A stretch of 64,000 nt of DNA. Source: Verrucomicrobiota bacterium. Its GTDB lineage: Bacteria > Verrucomicrobiota > Verrucomicrobiia > Limisphaerales > AAA164-E04. The stretch spans positions 640,001 to 704,000 of the forward strand of contig CP170459.1 of assembly GCA_047947115.1 (NCBI GenBank), read 5' to 3'. The translations under genes were made by a program, and so were the position numbers. Positions 60,664 to 64,000 of this stretch are shown here, one piece after another; within the stretch, counting starts at the first letter, position 1; the number at the start of each line of letters is the position of its first letter. Below the pieces are notes generated by a model. The model did no database searches. It was not told where the DNA came from and saw only the letters and a program-made list of their open reading frames with translations.

Positions 60664-61826
60664 TGATGGAGGCATTGAATGATCCTGAGTTGCACGTCAG
60701 GATTCGGGCCATGGGTTTGTTGCCCTTAATGTGGCCGCAACATAAGGAAGCATTGCCCTGGATCGAAGAGAAGTTGCGAGACGGTACCATTCAACCGGGT
60801 AAATGGATGGATAAAACCTTTTACGCCCTCAGCCAAATTTTGACCGAGCCTCAGGAGTACGCCAGCATCGTAGGTGCTCTGATGGAGACTTCGGAAGAAA
60901 TAAAACATAACGCCGGTTTTCAAGCTCCGATCATGATGGCAAAATTTAAAGATAGACCCGATGAAATTCGATCATTGCTGAATCCGTATTTAAAGGATGA
61001 AAATCCATCCAACCGTATGTTGGCAGCCCAGATCCTGGCACAGACGGAAGGTTCCGCGCCAACGGAAGCCATTGAAATTCTCGCTGGCTCCCTACAACCA
61101 GACCGGGATATTGAGGATGAAAATCAACGACTCACCTTAATGATTCTCTGGAAACTGGGCGCCAAGGCAGACACAGCCGTCCCTGCTTTGATGCAACTCG
61201 CGGACGCCAATCCGGATTGGGGCGAAATGGTGGATGTCCTGCTCAAAGCCATCAAACCCGAAGAACTGCAAGGCCACGCCATGCGCACGCCTTTGCCATC
61301 GATGACACCCGAAGCGCAGGCACTGATTGCTGAACTTGAATCCAATCCAAACACCCTCCAGACCATCATCCAGCGCATCGAATCCAATCAATTCACCCAA
61401 TCCGATGTCCTCGCGCTCGCTTCGTTGGAAACCGAAGCCAAAGCAGCCGTACCATCCCTGACATCGAGATTGAATGCTTTAATTGAATCGAATCCCCAAC
61501 AAGCCATGGAAGTCGGCGCGGCACTCGAAAGAATGCAACCGAACCTTCCAAAACCATTGCTCACCGCCTTGGATTTGGTGCCAGTCATACGAGAAATCAA
61601 CACGCAAACCGTTAACAACCCAAACAATCCTGAGGTAATGGACGCATTTCGTGAATGGTCACGTAACTTGATACAGTCCTCCCAGGGATTGATCCGACGC
61701 GAGGACATGGCAGCACAGGCATCACAATTGAAAGACATCCACCCCGACCTCTACCAACAATGGATCAAAGGCCTGATCAAACAGGATACCAACTGGAACG
61801 AATACCTCGAAAAACAATCCCGGTAG
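60564..61826 (+). CDS. HEAT-repeat-like protein, possibly the detached C-terminal extension of the ECF sigma
   Basis: EALNDPELHVRIRA, LKDENPSNRMLAAQIL, LGAKADTAVPAL, AKAAVPSL. Confidence 0.65.
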   Translation: MLTAEETARFADDPAETFLQGIPVAQRGQFWEMMMEALNDPELHVRIRAMGLLPLMWPQHKEALPWIEEKLRDGTIQPGKWMDKTFYALSQILTEPQEYASIVGALMETSEEIKHNAGFQAPIMMAKFKDRPDEIRSLLNPYLKDENPSNRMLAAQILAQTEGSAPTEAIEILAGSLQPDRDIEDENQRLTLMILWKLGAKADTAVPALMQLADANPDWGEMVDVLLKAIKPEELQGHAMRTPLPSMTPEAQALIAELESNPNTLQTIIQRIESNQFTQSDVLALASLETEAKAAVPSLTSRLNALIESNPQQAMEVGAALERMQPNLPKPLLTALDLVPVIREINTQTVNNPNNPEVMDAFREWSRNLIQSSQGLIRREDMAAQASQLKDIHPDLYQQWIKGLIKQDTNWNEYLEKQSR

Positions 61827-61856
61827 GGCCGTGCTGCTGCGCGGCCGCGAACGCAC
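61822..61856 (+). repeat. GTAG-type REP unit supplying the stop codon of the HEAT gene
   Basis: GGTAGGGCCGTGCTGCTGCGCGGCCGCGAACGCAC; near-identical to 42759-42793. Confidence 0.7.
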
Positions 61857-61946
61857 ATGCCGTATTCGAAGATCTATACACTCATTCGAACGCATCACAA
61901 CCACATCGCCATCGCATCCTGTTTATCCTGTAAATCCTGTCCAAAA

Positions 61947-62960
61947 TCACGCCTCCACCAACATCGTACCATCCCCCAACTCAACCATCGTGATTTGATT
62001 TGGAAGGAATGTGTCGATCACGGACAGATTGGTCCATGCATGGGAACTGCCTTTGGCCATGCGGTAGCGTCCTTTTCGGCTGAGCGCCAGGGGTAGCATC
62101 AGTTGATCGGACAAATACTCTCCCACCGGCGCATCGCAGGTCATGTATTCGCGAATTTCATGGATCATTTGTTGGATCATTTTCCCCGAAGACATATTCC
62201 GCTGTCCAAACCCGGTGAACACTTCCACATGTTCTCCGCGTTGAATGTCCACCACCACCGCGTTGCCGGGTCCGTGTGCAGGTTTCACGTGCTTGAGTTC
62301 AAAACAATCAACCGGCCAGTTCAGTTTATTTTTCAACATACGGATCTGACGTTGACCGATGTCGTCCGGTAAATGACTCAACAGAATCTTGCCTTTGCGG
62401 GATTGAATCTCTCCCGCTTCGGTCAAGTCCAGTTCCTTCCATTCTTTGACAGGCTGAATCTCAGCCTCCATCCTTCCGCCCCCGGCGAGGAAGAATCCGT
62501 GCGCGATCAATCGCAAGGAAACCTCCCCGCCCATCCCGGCCAAAGCAGGCCGAAAACACCGATCGAGAAAATCAAACGAAGGCGCCATCGGATGATGAGT
62601 CCCACCTTCCAGCACCAGACTAGAAGGCACATCCGCCAACATCAAAGCGGGCAGAACGGTTTGGAAAACCAGGGTGACACTCCCTGCGGAGCCGACTGAA
62701 AAGGTATAATCCCCTCCCTTGATCTCCCCAGGCGCAAAGGTTAAATCCGTGGAACCCAATTCGGCGCCACTCATTCTGGCACCGGATACTTCGGCCGCCG
62801 CTCGCACACAGGTCAGGTGCTGCCGCATCAGACCCGGTTTCCGGCGGCCGGCACGTATCCCTTTGATACGAAAAGGCAATCCAGTGATCATGGACAAACT
62901 CAACGAAGTCCTCAGCACCTGTCCCCCGCCTTCGCCCAATGAACCATCTATTTCAATCAT
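61947..62960 (-). CDS. rtcA: RNA 3'-terminal phosphate cyclase
   Basis: MIEIDGSLGEGGGQVLRTSLSLS; KPGLMRQH; GGTH; GPGN; YLSDQLMLP; starts 1 bp after the rtcB stop. Confidence 0.95.
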   Translation of the reverse strand: MIEIDGSLGEGGGQVLRTSLSLSMITGLPFRIKGIRAGRRKPGLMRQHLTCVRAAAEVSGARMSGAELGSTDLTFAPGEIKGGDYTFSVGSAGSVTLVFQTVLPALMLADVPSSLVLEGGTHHPMAPSFDFLDRCFRPALAGMGGEVSLRLIAHGFFLAGGGRMEAEIQPVKEWKELDLTEAGEIQSRKGKILLSHLPDDIGQRQIRMLKNKLNWPVDCFELKHVKPAHGPGNAVVVDIQRGEHVEVFTGFGQRNMSSGKMIQQMIHEIREYMTCDAPVGEYLSDQLMLPLALSRKGRYRMAKGSSHAWTNLSVIDTFLPNQITMVELGDGTMLVEA

Positions 62961-62961
62961 A

Positions 62962-64000
62962 TTAATCTTCCGGCCTTTCTCCATGAGGTGCCATTTTGAC
63001 AATGCGCGGATCAAACTGACCGAGGATTTCGACCAAATCGGACTGGGCACCCATCACCTGATGGATGTCTTTGTAAACCATCGGCACTTCGTCCAGACCA
63101 GCTGACATCAAAGTAACCTGTTTCTCCTTCAAAAATTTTTTAACCGGCGCCCATTCGAAGGACCGCATCGCCTTGGTGCGGCTCATGACGCGACCGGCGC
63201 CATGAGATGCCGAGTTCAAGGATTCAGCGCTTCCTTTCCCCCGCACAAGGAATCCCGGTGAAGCCATCGATCCCGGAATGAAACCCAGGACACCTTTACC
63301 GGCGGGGGTTGCTCCTTTACGATGCACAATCAATTCGCGCGCCTGCCCGTCGATCTCATGCGTCTCTTTCCAGGCAAAGTTGTGGTGGTTTTCAATATCC
63401 AGAAGGCATTCCACCCCGAGGTATTCCAAGACATGACGATGAATGCAGGCATGATTGGCGGCGGCATACTGCCCCATCAATTCCATCGCATTCCAATACT
63501 CGACGCCTTCTTCGGAATCCAGATCCAACCAGGCCAAATGTTTCAATTCACGTGGTAGTTCGGGGTGTGCCTTCATGGCCAGTTTACTATACGTATCGCA
63601 AACCTGCGCCCCCGTTCCACGGCTTCCGCTATGGCTCAACAAGGCCATATAAGTTCCGGGTGCGAGCCCTTTCACTTTTTCTTTCAGCTCGAAGGTTCCG
63701 AATTCCACAAAGTGGTTCCCGCTTCCGCTCGTTCCGAGTTGGCTCCACGCCTTGTCTTTCAAACGATGGGTCACCGGGCTCACATCCCAATCCGCATCCA
63801 TTACGTCGTGCGCCCGCTTTTGTTTGAAGGATGCGCCGATACCGAAACGGGTCTCGGCATTGATGGCCCCTGCAAGGCGATCCTTCTTACGATCCAAATC
63901 CTTCACCGGCAAATCCACCACCGACAATTTCATCCGGCAGGCAATATCAACCCCCACCGCATACGGAATCACCGCGCCTTCCGTCCCCAACACCCCTCCG
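62962..64000 (-). CDS. rtcB: RNA-splicing/repair ligase RtcB, partial (5' end outside window)
   Basis: VGVDIAC, GSGNHF, HSGSRG, HHNFA, HRKGATPA, PGSM, SASHGAGR. Confidence 0.95.
   Translation of the reverse strand, partial: GGVLGTEGAVIPYAVGVDIACRMKLSVVDLPVKDLDRKKDRLAGAINAETRFGIGASFKQKRAHDVMDADWDVSPVTHRLKDKAWSQLGTSGSGNHFVEFGTFELKEKVKGLAPGTYMALLSHSGSRGTGAQVCDTYSKLAMKAHPELPRELKHLAWLDLDSEEGVEYWNAMELMGQYAAANHACIHRHVLEYLGVECLLDIENHHNFAWKETHEIDGQARELIVHRKGATPAGKGVLGFIPGSMASPGFLVRGKGSAESLNSASHGAGRVMSRTKAMRSFEWAPVKKFLKEKQVTLMSAGLDEVPMVYKDIHQVMGAQSDLVEILGQFDPRIVKMAPHGERPED

Noticed and set aside
62281..62296. parS-like GGTTTCACGTG
   Set aside because: Only a half-site, inside the rtcA coding sequence
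62961..63050. N-terminal extension of RtcA
   Set aside because: It overlaps rtcB; the family start MIEIDGS is at 62960

Overview
Bacterial DNA of about 50% GC with gene content typical of the PVC superphylum, most likely Verrucomicrobia (DUF1501/DUF1549/DUF1553 clusters, PVC-type CxxCH protein, H-X9-DG prepilin-like protein, lgt-rluD). This assignment is inferred from gene content only. From left to right: (1) a partial membrane protein and an Sfp-type PPTase. (2) A ~23-kb signalling island (1.8-24.4 kb): six histidine kinases, one degenerate kinase and two response regulators. Inputs include a beta-propeller sensor, an H-NOX/HNOBA gas-sensing pair and a YfiR-TonB-dependent receptor-CHASE8/HAMP kinase module; three kinases share a paralogous transmitter-receiver chassis. 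(3) Two ISL3 elements and one IS4, an ECF sigma triad and several REP-like repeat families. (4) A DUF1553-DUF1501-enolase cluster, a CxxCH protein, GH99-like, rluD, lgt, PhoD, PfkB, parB and DUF309. (5) A four-gene DUF1501/DUF1549/PPC/cytochrome-WD40 operon bracketed by a ~600-bp diverged direct repeat. (6) vapBC, a broken ECF sigma/HEAT gene and rtcB-rtcA. Four genes are frameshifted at G/C homopolymers (assembly error or phase variation). No rRNA, tRNA or CRISPR array was seen. All calls are from manual motif recognition; no searches were run.
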